A stretch of 50,062 nt of DNA, from positions 23,849-73,910 of the forward strand of contig JAHEQA010000017.1 in the NCBI GenBank assembly GCA_019561615.1. The letters are read 5' to 3'. The notes under the pieces were generated by a model that was not told the DNA's origin, searched no databases, and was given only the letters and a program-made list of their open reading frames with translations. Position numbers and translations under genes: made by a program. Position 1 is the first letter of the stretch; every line of letters starts with the position of its first letter. This document shows positions 41,721 through 50,062 of this stretch, piece after piece. This stretch comes from Methanothermococcus sp. SCGC AD-155-E23 (lineage in GTDB: Archaea > AGJL01 > Methanococci > Methanococcales > Methanococcaceae).

Positions 41721-42891
41721 CCTTTTTCATTTTTTCATCTACTATTCTCTTAAGAGCCTCTTCTACCTTCCCCTGGGCAAACTCCAAGAGATCACTTTTC
41801 AACTGGACATACTTTCTGGAGATCTCGTCTAAGTCCTTACTAACCATAGACTCGAAGTAATCCCTAACCTTCCTAAGTCTGTAGAGTTTCAGGGAGCTCT
41901 CTGTATCGGTGAGGGATATGGCTTCAACTGGACACTCCCTGTAGCACACCCCACATCTAACACACCTCTCAGGATTTATATAGGGCAACCTTGTATCCCA
42001 GGAGATATCTATTGCCCCTACACTACATACCCTGTAACATATCCTACAACCTATACACCTGTCCTCCTCTATGATGTAACACCTATCCTTTATCTTGGAT
42101 ACCCTTGAGACCTCCCCTATCCTCATTGCACCTGTGGGGCAGACCTCTATACACCTGCCACACCTTGTACATTCCACAACCTTATAGTCCTTCAAGTCTA
42201 TCTCTCCTGGACATACGTCTACACAGTTCCCACACCTTATACATAGACTTATTACAATCCTTGGAACCTCTGGAATCACCTCACCTCTCTCCTCCTCCTT
42301 AACCATCCTCTTAAACTTTATCTCGAAACATCTGTTGAACTTCTCCTTCAGTACTTCCTCGTCGTAGATCCTTATGGCGTCTAGTACAGGGCACGCCTCT
42401 ACACATCTCTCACATCCTATACATCTGTTTACATCTATCCTGTAACTATCTCCATCGTAGTCAATGGCGTCCACTGGGCAGACACCTTTACAGGAGCCAC
42501 AGTTTACACATAACTCCTGGTCTATTACGAAGTACCTGTACTTGGGGACGTTCCAGGGGAGGCTTAAGGTCTCCTCCCTTAAGTTTCCAATCTCCAGTAC
42601 CTTAGTTGGACAGGACTCTACACAGTTCCCACAACCTATACAGGCTCCAACATCTATCCTAGGTAGTTTCTTGTTGTGATCTTGGAAGTACACCATCTCT
42701 ATGGCAGAGGAGGGGCAGGAGCCCTCACAGGCTCCACAGCTTATACATCTCTCTGGGTACTCCACAACAGGGGGGATCTTCCTGAACCTCTTTGGAGGTA
42801 TGGTATACTCCCTATCTGTCTTTGCCCAGAGGAACCTTTTGATAAACCTCTTCTTTGTAAGTATGTAGAGGTACCACAGTGTGGAGGCCAT
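41701..42891 (-). CDS. ehaP: Eha polyferredoxin
   Basis: Eight CxxCxxCxxxCP motifs, directly after the large subunit. Confidence 0.85.
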   Translation of the reverse strand: MASTLWYLYILTKKRFIKRFLWAKTDREYTIPPKRFRKIPPVVEYPERCISCGACEGSCPSSAIEMVYFQDHNKKLPRIDVGACIGCGNCVESCPTKVLEIGNLREETLSLPWNVPKYRYFVIDQELCVNCGSCKGVCPVDAIDYDGDSYRIDVNRCIGCERCVEACPVLDAIRIYDEEVLKEKFNRCFEIKFKRMVKEEERGEVIPEVPRIVISLCIRCGNCVDVCPGEIDLKDYKVVECTRCGRCIEVCPTGAMRIGEVSRVSKIKDRCYIIEEDRCIGCRICYRVCSVGAIDISWDTRLPYINPERCVRCGVCYRECPVEAISLTDTESSLKLYRLRKVRDYFESMVSKDLDEISRKYVQLKSDLLEFAQGKVEEALKRIVDEKMKKDDSNAL

Positions 42892-42902
42892 AATTTCACA
42901 TC

Positions 42903-44030
42903 CTATTTGAAGTAGGGTTTTACCTCTCCAGTCCTCCTGTCCAGTAACACTATACTCCTCTCTGTACAGGAGACACAGGGGTCTATGGAGACATAGGTTG
43001 CAACAGCATCTGAGACTGTTGGACAGGTTTTCAACATGTACTTATAGGCTGAGAGGTTCATCACTGTGGGAGACCTGATAAGTATCCTCTTTATTATGCC
43101 ACCATCTGTTATGGAGATCTTGTAGGTAACCTCCCCCCTGTGGGCCTCGTTTCTCCACTCCCCAGCTCCACCCTTTATATCTACCTTCTTCCTCACCATT
43201 CCACCACTCTCCTCGTAGAGTTCAAGTGCCCTCCTCAACAACTCAATACTTGTAAATATCTCCTTCAACCTCACTAAACTCCTGGCGTAGTTGTCCCCCT
43301 CCTCAGTCCATACAGGTTTAAAGTCTAACTCTTTATAGGTGGGATGTCTAAGTCTCCAGTCACTCTCAGGTAGTGCAGAGGCCCTGGCCACAGGTCCAAC
43401 AGCCCTGGTCTTCATTATCTCCCTGTATCCAATAACACCTATACCCTTACTCCTTAAACTTATTAGGGGCCCCTTTTTGAAGATCTCCATTATATCTTTC
43501 ACATCTTCCTCCAGGGAATCCAGGGTACTGTAGATGCTCTCCAACATCTCCCTGTTTATATCCTGTCTAACTCCACCAACTACGTTATAGCCCATGTTTA
43601 TCCTGTTCCCCGTGATAGTCTCCAGGAGGTCCATCACCCTCTCCCTTATATTTAAACACCAGATACCAAGGGTCTCATGTTCAATGGCCATCCCATACAT
43701 GGAGACAGCCAGTAGGTGACTTTGTAGCCTTTCAAGCTCTGTAACTATGACTCTTAGATATCTAGCCTTATCTGGCACCTCTATATCTGATATTTTCTCG
43801 ATACACTCTACAAATGTCTGGGTATGGATGTAGGAGCAGATGCCACATACCCTCTCAGCCAGGTGAACCCCCTTTAGATAGTGCTTCCCCTCCATTATCC
43901 TCTCGATACCTCTATGTACATAACCCATCTCTATCTCTGCCCCAAGTACCACCTCCCCCTCCACAATGAGCTTTATACGAATAGGCTCTTTAAAGATAGG
44001 ATTTATAGGTCCTATAGGTATTACGTTCAT
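42903..44030 (-). CDS. ehaO: energy-converting [NiFe] hydrogenase A large subunit
   Basis: RVCGIC and DPCVSCTER with a C-terminal extension. Confidence 0.93.
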   Translation of the reverse strand: MNVIPIGPINPIFKEPIRIKLIVEGEVVLGAEIEMGYVHRGIERIMEGKHYLKGVHLAERVCGICSYIHTQTFVECIEKISDIEVPDKARYLRVIVTELERLQSHLLAVSMYGMAIEHETLGIWCLNIRERVMDLLETITGNRINMGYNVVGGVRQDINREMLESIYSTLDSLEEDVKDIMEIFKKGPLISLRSKGIGVIGYREIMKTRAVGPVARASALPESDWRLRHPTYKELDFKPVWTEEGDNYARSLVRLKEIFTSIELLRRALELYEESGGMVRKKVDIKGGAGEWRNEAHRGEVTYKISITDGGIIKRILIRSPTVMNLSAYKYMLKTCPTVSDAVATYVSIDPCVSCTERSIVLLDRRTGEVKPYFK

Positions 44031-44047
44031 AATTATCCCAATTATAA

Positions 44048-44497
44048 TTATTGAGAGATCTCTTCTTTAATCACCTTCTCCCTCTCGGCAATAGATGTTG
44101 GAACTACCTTGAGTATGGCCTCTATTATCTGGGCTGGTCTTGGGGGACATCCAGGTATTACCCCATCCACTGGAATAATCCTATCCACTGGACCACATAC
44201 ATGTCCCTCTTTAAATATACCGCAGCTGAGGGCACAGGCTCCAACAGCTATGACTACCTTAGGTTCTGGGGTTTTCTCATACAACTCCTTCAATCTATCC
44301 TTCCAGGGGAGGGTGACAGGTCCAGTTACTATCAACAGGTCGGCCTCCCTTGGATTGTTATGGATGTATATACCGTACTGTTCAATGTCGTACCTGGAAG
44401 CTATCAAGGTTAGTATCTCTATGTCACATCCGTTACATCCCCCTGTATTTACCACACATGCATGTATGGACCTCTTTCTGAAAAACTCCTTGATCAT
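44048..44497 (-). CDS. ehaN: Eha small subunit
   Basis: [12 protein letters not shown] and PGCPPRP. Confidence 0.93.
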   Translation of the reverse strand: MIKEFFRKRSIHACVVNTGGCNGCDIEILTLIASRYDIEQYGIYIHNNPREADLLIVTGPVTLPWKDRLKELYEKTPEPKVVIAVGACALSCGIFKEGHVCGPVDRIIPVDGVIPGCPPRPAQIIEAILKVVPTSIAEREKVIKEEISQ

Positions 44498-44913
44498 ACT
44501 ACCTCCTGTTCCCTACTTTTTAGTAGTTTCAGGAGCAACTCCCTCCCCCTCTTTAAAGCCTCTTTGTAGGGGACGTTGTTTAGTAGCACATCCTCCACTA
44601 CCTTCTTCCTTATTAGGTCCCCCTCTTTCTTGGAGATTAACCTGTAGAAGTCACATATCCAGCACAGCCCTAGATCTATGTCCACCTTTCTACCTAGACA
44701 TGCCATCCTCGCCTGCTCGGCAAATGCATGACTCTCATAGAGGTCAGCGCCGTCGTACTCCCTTACAAACAACTCTACAACCTCCTCCAGGGAGAGCCCC
44801 AACACCTTTGCAATAGGTACAATAACCTCCTCCATGACATACCTGTTTTTAACAATGTTGTACTTCTGCCTCAGGATACTCTTATAGTATACCTTCTCCA
44901 TCTCTAGCTCCAT
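44494..44913 (-). CDS. ehaM: Eha soluble subunit M
   Basis: CLGRKVDIDLGLCW; operon position. Confidence 0.8.
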   Translation of the reverse strand: MELEMEKVYYKSILRQKYNIVKNRYVMEEVIVPIAKVLGLSLEEVVELFVREYDGADLYESHAFAEQARMACLGRKVDIDLGLCWICDFYRLISKKEGDLIRKKVVEDVLLNNVPYKEALKRGRELLLKLLKSREQEVV

Positions 44914-44914
44914 A

Positions 44915-45232
44915 CTATCTACCTATTAGGCCTCTAATTAGATAGCCCAGGATGGCGATGGATACCCCTGTAATCAATTCAATCCTCCCGTATCCTGGCC
45001 TCATGCCAAAGGGTACACCTAGGAGGAAGAGGGAGAGGGGGTAGTTTATACCGTAGGGTAGGGGGAGGGAGAAGAGCACCCCTCCAAGTATTGCCGAGAG
45101 TAGTGCCCATCTATCTATACATCTCTCCACGTAGGGCTTCAGGTATCTGTTGTAACTGTAGGTCAACCCTAGAAATCCCCCTATAACTAGAGAGGCTATA
45201 CAACAGAGTAGGTGATAGGGCACCTCTTCCAT
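44915..45232 (-). CDS. ehaL: Eha membrane subunit L
   Basis: GMRPGYGRIE; operon position. Confidence 0.8.
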   Translation of the reverse strand: MEEVPYHLLCCIASLVIGGFLGLTYSYNRYLKPYVERCIDRWALLSAILGGVLFSLPLPYGINYPLSLFLLGVPFGMRPGYGRIELITGVSIAILGYLIRGLIGR

Positions 45233-45241
45233 GGCATCACC

Positions 45242-45514
45242 TTAGAGTATCCCCGGGGAGTGGATACTGTACATCCTATACCCCAGGTAGAGTATACCTA
45301 GAAGTACCAACATCATGAAGAGCAACTCCAGGGTTTCCATCAACTTAGAGAGGGATCTATATCTAAACCTTAGAAGGAGCACTGTGAGAATTATCCCTAT
45401 TATAAGTACTATAAGGTGAAGTATCCTGACCTGGATTAGGTTTACAGATACTACAATCATAAGGAGGATAAGGGTAGAGATAAGGAGGTAGTCTAGATAT
45501 CTCTTCTCTGTCAC
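45242..45514 (-). CDS. ehaK: Eha membrane subunit K
   Basis: Three hydrophobic helices; operon position only. Confidence 0.6.
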   Translation of the reverse strand: MTEKRYLDYLLISTLILLMIVVSVNLIQVRILHLIVLIIGIILTVLLLRFRYRSLSKLMETLELLFMMLVLLGILYLGYRMYSIHSPGIL

Positions 45515-45525
45515 AATTCCACCTA

Positions 45526-46413
45526 TTATCCCATAAAGATCCTATGTAGTAGGTCTACAAGGGCGAGGGCACTTATAAGTATCTGGATCATAACGGAGTG
45601 GTTTGGTGTTAGTAGGGGGGTGAGGGCACATATTAGGGATATGAGAGAGGTTAGAACTACCATCCCCAGTAGTGTCATCAGGGGATCGGAGACTACCAGG
45701 GGACCTATAAATACTGCTAGAAATATCCAGAGGAGGACGAACCAGGCTATCCCATCTGCTATCATTATAAGGGATTCCAGGATACCGAAGTGCTCTGTTA
45801 AGTACCCACTGACTATACTCTTATCCTTCACTATGGCAAAGGGGCTATTTGGGGCTTTTGAGAGGAGAAGTACAAAGAATGCAAAGGCTGCAAAGGGTAG
45901 TTGGAAGATAATAGGTCCATGGATCTCCTGGTATCTTATAATGTCCTCTATTATCAGGGACTTAGTTAGTAGGTATATTATACCCATTACTGTAAATAGT
46001 GGTACCTCTGCAGCGGCGGAGAATACACTTCTTACACCTCCCAACTTTCCATAGGGGGACCCACTACTGAGACCACAGCCATGCTCCACTATCTTCTGAA
46101 GTACGTAGAGACCCATAAGTATGAGAAGGGAGGTGTTAAATACCACTCCAAGGTAGAGGGCGGACATCCATACTGTGATACTCATCAGGGCTATAAGGAG
46201 GTAGAGGGGATTTCCAGCGGTAATGGGAAAGGTTATCTCCTTGAAGTAGAACTTCAGGGTGTGAAGGATATATTGGAGGATTGGGGGACCAGGTCTCCCC
46301 TGGATCCTAGCCACTATCTTCCTATGTAACCCTAAGAGGAGACCTCCCACCAGGAAGGCGTATAGGCTGTAGGCCAGGGCATCCATCACATACTTCAGGT
46401 TATACAGTTCCAT
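45526..46413 (-). CDS. ehaJ: Eha membrane subunit J (NuoH-like)
   Basis: RKIVARIQGRPGPP and SGYLTEH. Confidence 0.88.
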   Translation of the reverse strand: MELYNLKYVMDALAYSLYAFLVGGLLLGLHRKIVARIQGRPGPPILQYILHTLKFYFKEITFPITAGNPLYLLIALMSITVWMSALYLGVVFNTSLLILMGLYVLQKIVEHGCGLSSGSPYGKLGGVRSVFSAAAEVPLFTVMGIIYLLTKSLIIEDIIRYQEIHGPIIFQLPFAAFAFFVLLLSKAPNSPFAIVKDKSIVSGYLTEHFGILESLIMIADGIAWFVLLWIFLAVFIGPLVVSDPLMTLLGMVVLTSLISLICALTPLLTPNHSVMIQILISALALVDLLHRIFMG

Positions 46414-46414
46414 A

Positions 46415-46621
46415 TCACCACCCTCTGAAGGGAAGGAGACCTTCCTTTCTCCTTCTAGTTTTAGGGATAAACATTATCCCTATTCCATAGAGGATAAAGG
46501 GGGTAAAGAGGGCAGTACCTAGATATACCACCAGTACACTTTTAGGAAATATTAGAATATAGAGAAATCCCAGGATTCCAATGATAAGGGCCAACATCCC
46601 ACTTTTTCTCTCAGGTGTCAT
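46415..46621 (-). CDS. ehaI: Eha membrane subunit I
   Basis: Two TM helices, C-terminal LPFRGW; operon position. Confidence 0.65.
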   Translation of the reverse strand: MTPERKSGMLALIIGILGFLYILIFPKSVLVVYLGTALFTPFILYGIGIMFIPKTRRRKEGLLPFRGW

Positions 46622-46631
46622 AGAATCCCCT

Positions 46632-47294
46632 TTAAATGGTAAGTAGAATCTCTGCAGTTCTTATAACTATAAGTAGGGAGGATAGATGTATCATAAGGAT
46701 ATAGGGTGCTCCAGGAGCTCTGAACATCTCGGCCTTTGCTGCATAGAAGGGGGCAACCCCTGTCTCCCCAACCATACCTGCTGCATAGAGCATCTTCTGA
46801 AATAGTAGATCCTGGTGCTTCCCTGCCAACTCCAGTATGGAGAGGGTTCCAGTTTTAGCCAGTATGAGGGCAGCTCCTCCAAAGAGGGGGAGGGTGGATA
46901 TCATGGCTATTATTCCGTAGTAATAGGCTGCATTGAGTACCCACTCCTTTTTAACTGCCGAGACAATACCTATATTGGTTATACCTATCACTGCAAGGAA
47001 GAGGGCGTAGTTGAAGAGATCCCCTGTGAGCATGGCAAAGGCTGTACATATGCCACAGAGGATAGCCATTAACCTCCTTATCTTCAACTCCTCCAGTGAC
47101 ACGTAGTTAAGTTTGTCAAAACCTCCTATCTGTGACTCCAACTGCTTCTCAGGTTTTGTAAAGTAGACCACTAAGGTGAAGAAGAGGGCTATTACAAAGG
47201 ATATTGCAGAGAACTCTGTAACGTAGAGTACAATATCTCCAAAGGGGATGTAGCCGTAGAACTCCCCGGCCACAGAGGTAATGTTAAGGAACAT
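46632..47294 (-). CDS. ehaH: Eha membrane subunit H (antiporter-like)
   Basis: GETGVAPFYAAKAEMFRAPGAP. Confidence 0.82.
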   Translation of the reverse strand: MFLNITSVAGEFYGYIPFGDIVLYVTEFSAISFVIALFFTLVVYFTKPEKQLESQIGGFDKLNYVSLEELKIRRLMAILCGICTAFAMLTGDLFNYALFLAVIGITNIGIVSAVKKEWVLNAAYYYGIIAMISTLPLFGGAALILAKTGTLSILELAGKHQDLLFQKMLYAAGMVGETGVAPFYAAKAEMFRAPGAPYILMIHLSSLLIVIRTAEILLTI

Positions 47295-47302
47295 CCTACC
47301 AC

Positions 47303-48001
47303 CTAGAGCTTGAGATCTCCTATTAATCCAAGTTTGGAGCCTACCTTAAGTGCCAAGGCACCTCCAGCTATAAGGAGGAAGGTTACATAGTGCTCTGGAA
47401 AGAGGTAGAATCCAATAAATCCCAGGATGATCCATAGGGCCCACATAATACCTGAGAATCCAGCAACAGCCTCCCAGAAATCCTTTATATCCTCTGAGGA
47501 TATTCCCCTACTAACTATACCCTGGGAGAGAAGGTAGAACAGTAGACCAACGGACATTACAGCCCCTCCTGTAAAACCTGTTAAGAAGGCCCCGTAGATA
47601 ACCAGTATAAGACTTATAAACCTTGAGGCACTGTAGAGGATCTCCATCCTGGGATGCTCTATATCCACCTCTACCTTAGGCTCTTCCACAACTAAGAACT
47701 CCTCAAATAACTTTGGTGTCTTCTTCTCCCTTTCCTTCTTCCTTAACTTACACCTCTGTATTAAAATCTCTGAGACTGCTAAAAATTCTGCCAACCCTAC
47801 AACTAGACCAGGGAGAATAAGGGCCTCGGCAAGATCTGTACCAAGGGCTGCTATAATAACCAACATGGCACACTCTACAACATCGGTTAAAATAAGGAGG
47901 TGTATATCGGAGCGCTGATAGCCTATTGCAATAAGGGAGAGTATACCCACCACAAAACCTGCAAAGACGGAGTAATTAAACATATGTTGAACAACATCCA
48001 T
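47303..48001 (-). CDS. ehaG: Eha membrane subunit G
   Basis: GTDLAEALILPGLVV and GFTGG. Confidence 0.8.
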   Translation of the reverse strand: MDVVQHMFNYSVFAGFVVGILSLIAIGYQRSDIHLLILTDVVECAMLVIIAALGTDLAEALILPGLVVGLAEFLAVSEILIQRCKLRKKEREKKTPKLFEEFLVVEEPKVEVDIEHPRMEILYSASRFISLILVIYGAFLTGFTGGAVMSVGLLFYLLSQGIVSRGISSEDIKDFWEAVAGFSGIMWALWIILGFIGFYLFPEHYVTFLLIAGGALALKVGSKLGLIGDLKL

Positions 48002-48011
48002 TCATTCCACC

Positions 48012-48470
48012 TTAATCCCTGTGGAGGTACACCCAGCTGAAGATCATGAAGGATACCAGGAGTGTTAGGGACTCCAGTATAGTATCCAAACCCCTTGTAT
48101 AGTAGAGTATCTCATCTAATATTCCCCCTGGAGTTGACACTATGGTAGTTCCAAAGTAGGGAGTCCTCTCAGAGAGCCAGATAGCTGGGGGGGTAAGGTA
48201 GGCAGTTATTCTACCTCTTATAGGCTCAAATTGGGGATACTGTGTCTTAATATCTGCAGGTATCTTCAGAGGCACTCCTCCCCTGTCATAGGGCGCGAGA
48301 GAGGATTTAAAGACCTGACTCTGAGGAGGATACTTTGGATACAACTGATCCTCGTTGTAGGAGGTAGGTACGAAGAACTCAATTATCATTATTAAACATA
48401 GAAATACTGCAAACAATCTAGGTACAATATCTGGTCTTGAGATGTAATTCCACAGTCTTCCAATATCCAT
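48012..48470 (-). CDS. ehaF: Eha membrane subunit F
   Basis: APYDRGG and [17 protein letters not shown]. Confidence 0.82.
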   Translation of the reverse strand: MDIGRLWNYISRPDIVPRLFAVFLCLIMIIEFFVPTSYNEDQLYPKYPPQSQVFKSSLAPYDRGGVPLKIPADIKTQYPQFEPIRGRITAYLTPPAIWLSERTPYFGTTIVSTPGGILDEILYYTRGLDTILESLTLLVSFMIFSWVYLHRD

Positions 48471-48472
48471 AA

Positions 48473-48727
48473 CTAGGCCTCCAACTCCTCCTTTCTAATT
48501 ATAGCCCTTATAAACACCAGGACTATAAGTGAGTTTATGGCAATATAGGTCATAAGTGCCAAGGTGTGATTGTAGGCGAGGAATATCAGCATTACACCTA
48601 TCGTAGGAATCTCTACATTTAGAAACCTTACAAGGGGATCCCTGGTCTCAGGCCCCAAAATAACACCTAGGGTTCCAAATATAAGCAGGAAGTATCCCAG
48701 GTAGAGGGTAGATACCACTATATCCAT
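48473..48727 (-). CDS. ehaE: Eha membrane subunit E
   Basis: [12 protein letters not shown] and YNHTLALMT. Confidence 0.78.
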   Translation of the reverse strand: MDIVVSTLYLGYFLLIFGTLGVILGPETRDPLVRFLNVEIPTIGVMLIFLAYNHTLALMTYIAINSLIVLVFIRAIIRKEELEA

Positions 48728-48734
48728 CCTATCC

Positions 48735-49013
48735 CTACTTTACAAGTATGGGCAGTTTTGAGCTATACCTCTTCTTGGACCTCTTAAGGTAGAGATACTT
48801 TAGAGATCCAAGGAGTAGTATGACGGTACTTACTGGCTCCATTATAGAGGTGAGGATTGCCACATCCAGGTAGTAGAAGGAAACTATAAGGCCAATTAAA
48901 CCCCCTGTCAAAAACTCCAGCATAATTATCTTATCCAGGTAGTCTGTATTCAGGATAACACCGATACACCCCATAACTATGCAGAAGATGGAGACTAGGG
49001 GAAGTATTTCCAC
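48735..49013 (-). CDS. ehaD: Eha membrane subunit D
   Basis: DKIIMLE, YLDVA and EPVST; GTG at 49013 preferred over the track start. Confidence 0.75.
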   Translation of the reverse strand: MEILPLVSIFCIVMGCIGVILNTDYLDKIIMLEFLTGGLIGLIVSFYYLDVAILTSIMEPVSTVILLLGSLKYLYLKRSKKRYSSKLPILVK

Positions 49014-49023
49014 AGTACCACCG

Positions 49024-49278
49024 TCAACCTCTACCTTCAAGTCTCTGAACCTTCCCAATGGTATGGGCTATGGCGTTACTGGAGAGGGTAGATCCTATGA
49101 AGTAAACTGCCGCCGCAACCCCGCCCATGGGACTTTTAATGTAAAGGGCAATAAGTGCAGCTATGGCAAAATTTAGGCAGCAGAGGTAGAGTAACCTCTG
49201 TACCCTGTTCCTGGTCAGGAACACCCTCAACCCAACAACAAAGGATATAACACCTATCAACAGTACCAGGGTATCCAT
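49024..49278 (-). CDS. ehaC: Eha membrane subunit C
   Basis: LYLCCLNFAIAALIALY and STLSSNAIAHT. Confidence 0.78.
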   Translation of the reverse strand: MDTLVLLIGVISFVVGLRVFLTRNRVQRLLYLCCLNFAIAALIALYIKSPMGGVAAAVYFIGSTLSSNAIAHTIGKVQRLEGRG

Positions 49279-49776
49279 CTATATCATCCCTAACTTCCTT
49301 CCTATGTAGCCTAAAACCTTGGAGGCCCCCACATGGTAGAGACCCTGGATTGTGAAGATGGCCATTACCATGCCCCCAATGAAGTATTTAGGCTCGATAA
49401 AACTACTGAGGAGATGTATAAGTACTGTTGCACTGAAGGTTCCAAGGGTGCCTGCATAGCCAGGATCGTTACACAACCTGTTACCTATAAATATGAGAAG
49501 TGTCGCAATAAGACCTCCCTTAAACCCCAGAAGGTAGTAAAATATACTGGCCATCAAGGTGCCTGCAGAGGCATCTGGAGAGCATACAATATTACCCATA
49601 AAGTATCCCCCGTTAATATCGCCCCCCATCCTCTCCAAGGTCTTTCCAATTACCTCAGCCCCAGAGACCCCAGGCCTCCTAGGTAGTCCAAAGTAGGTAT
49701 CCACCAGTACAAAGTTTGTCCAACATACTCCAGTACTTATCAACAGTTTTATAAAATCCATCCAATTAACATCCAT
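49279..49776 (-). CDS. ehaB: Eha membrane subunit B
   Basis: [13 protein letters not shown] and [12 protein letters not shown]. Confidence 0.8.
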   Translation of the reverse strand: MDVNWMDFIKLLISTGVCWTNFVLVDTYFGLPRRPGVSGAEVIGKTLERMGGDINGGYFMGNIVCSPDASAGTLMASIFYYLLGFKGGLIATLLIFIGNRLCNDPGYAGTLGTFSATVLIHLLSSFIEPKYFIGGMVMAIFTIQGLYHVGASKVLGYIGRKLGMI

Positions 49777-50041
49777 AACTTACACCTGGGAATATAACAT
49801 CCACGTACTTGGAAAATAGGGATGAGACTACACCTACCAAGATAGAAAAAACTAGGTTCAAGGTAAATAAAAAATCCGTTACAGCTGCCAGCCCCAGGGC
49901 TATAAATACAGTGGGAAAAAATAGATTGCCCTTGAAGGAGTTAATATCTACCTTTACAGGTAAGCCTATAACAAGTCCAACAACTAGGGAGGTCACCACT
50001 GAGAGGATGTAGTAGAGATACTCCAACTTACCACCTACCAA
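49766..50041 (-). CDS. ehaA: Eha membrane subunit A
   Basis: FPT...ALG and SKY..IFPG; first position in the operon. Confidence 0.7.
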   Translation of the reverse strand: MVGGKLEYLYYILSVVTSLVVGLVIGLPVKVDINSFKGNLFFPTVFIALGLAAVTDFLFTLNLVFSILVGVVSSLFSKYVDVIFPGVSYGC

Positions 50042-50062
50042 CAGTTTATCACCATCCCGTCA

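Noticed and set aside
44109-44816. Long antisense ORFs (also 21072-21695, 12075-12548, 39489-39947, 1014-1439 and others)
   Set aside because: Shadows of well-supported genes; Ser/Pro/Leu-rich, without SD or motifs.
41211-50041. Eha operon as a novel system
   Set aside because: Order and content match the known Eha operon of Methanococcales; the Ni ligands are all Cys.

Overview
Gene-dense chromosomal segment of a hydrogenotrophic methanogenic archaeon. Order Methanococcales is inferred from the gene set, GGTGA-type SD sites, split SelU, the L1-L10-L12 operon and Eha; a thermophilic Methanothermococcus/Methanofervidicoccus-like organism is a guess. Most of it is core: aroB', phi, cofE, gapor, ftr, rps15, pheS, cbiF, radB, atwA, tiaS, the HMG-CoA synthase/thiolase/DUF35 cluster, cfbD, argC, rsmA, bipartite selU, gatC-dapA-rps17e, hisH, tbp, rpl1-10-12 and the eha hydrogenase operon. 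I saw no tRNA, rRNA, CRISPR array or IS element. Best leads: (1) a stand-alone HsdR-N-type nuclease fused to a SeqA-C-like domain, a candidate modification-dependent restriction enzyme; (2) three tandem HmdII/III paralogues that are nucleotide mosaics of each other, with a relic copy of coding sequence in a spacer; (3) an orphan dockerin-tagged solute-binding protein behind cfbD; (4) two small genes missing from the ORF track (CooT-like; L41e with a probable AUA start); (5) a 35-bp perfect repeat between the two halves of tbp; (6) a possible tandem Sm-like protein. Four genes (phi, cbiF, the binding protein, cfbD) are frameshifted, most likely by assembly error. All family calls come from motif recognition by eye; no searches were run.
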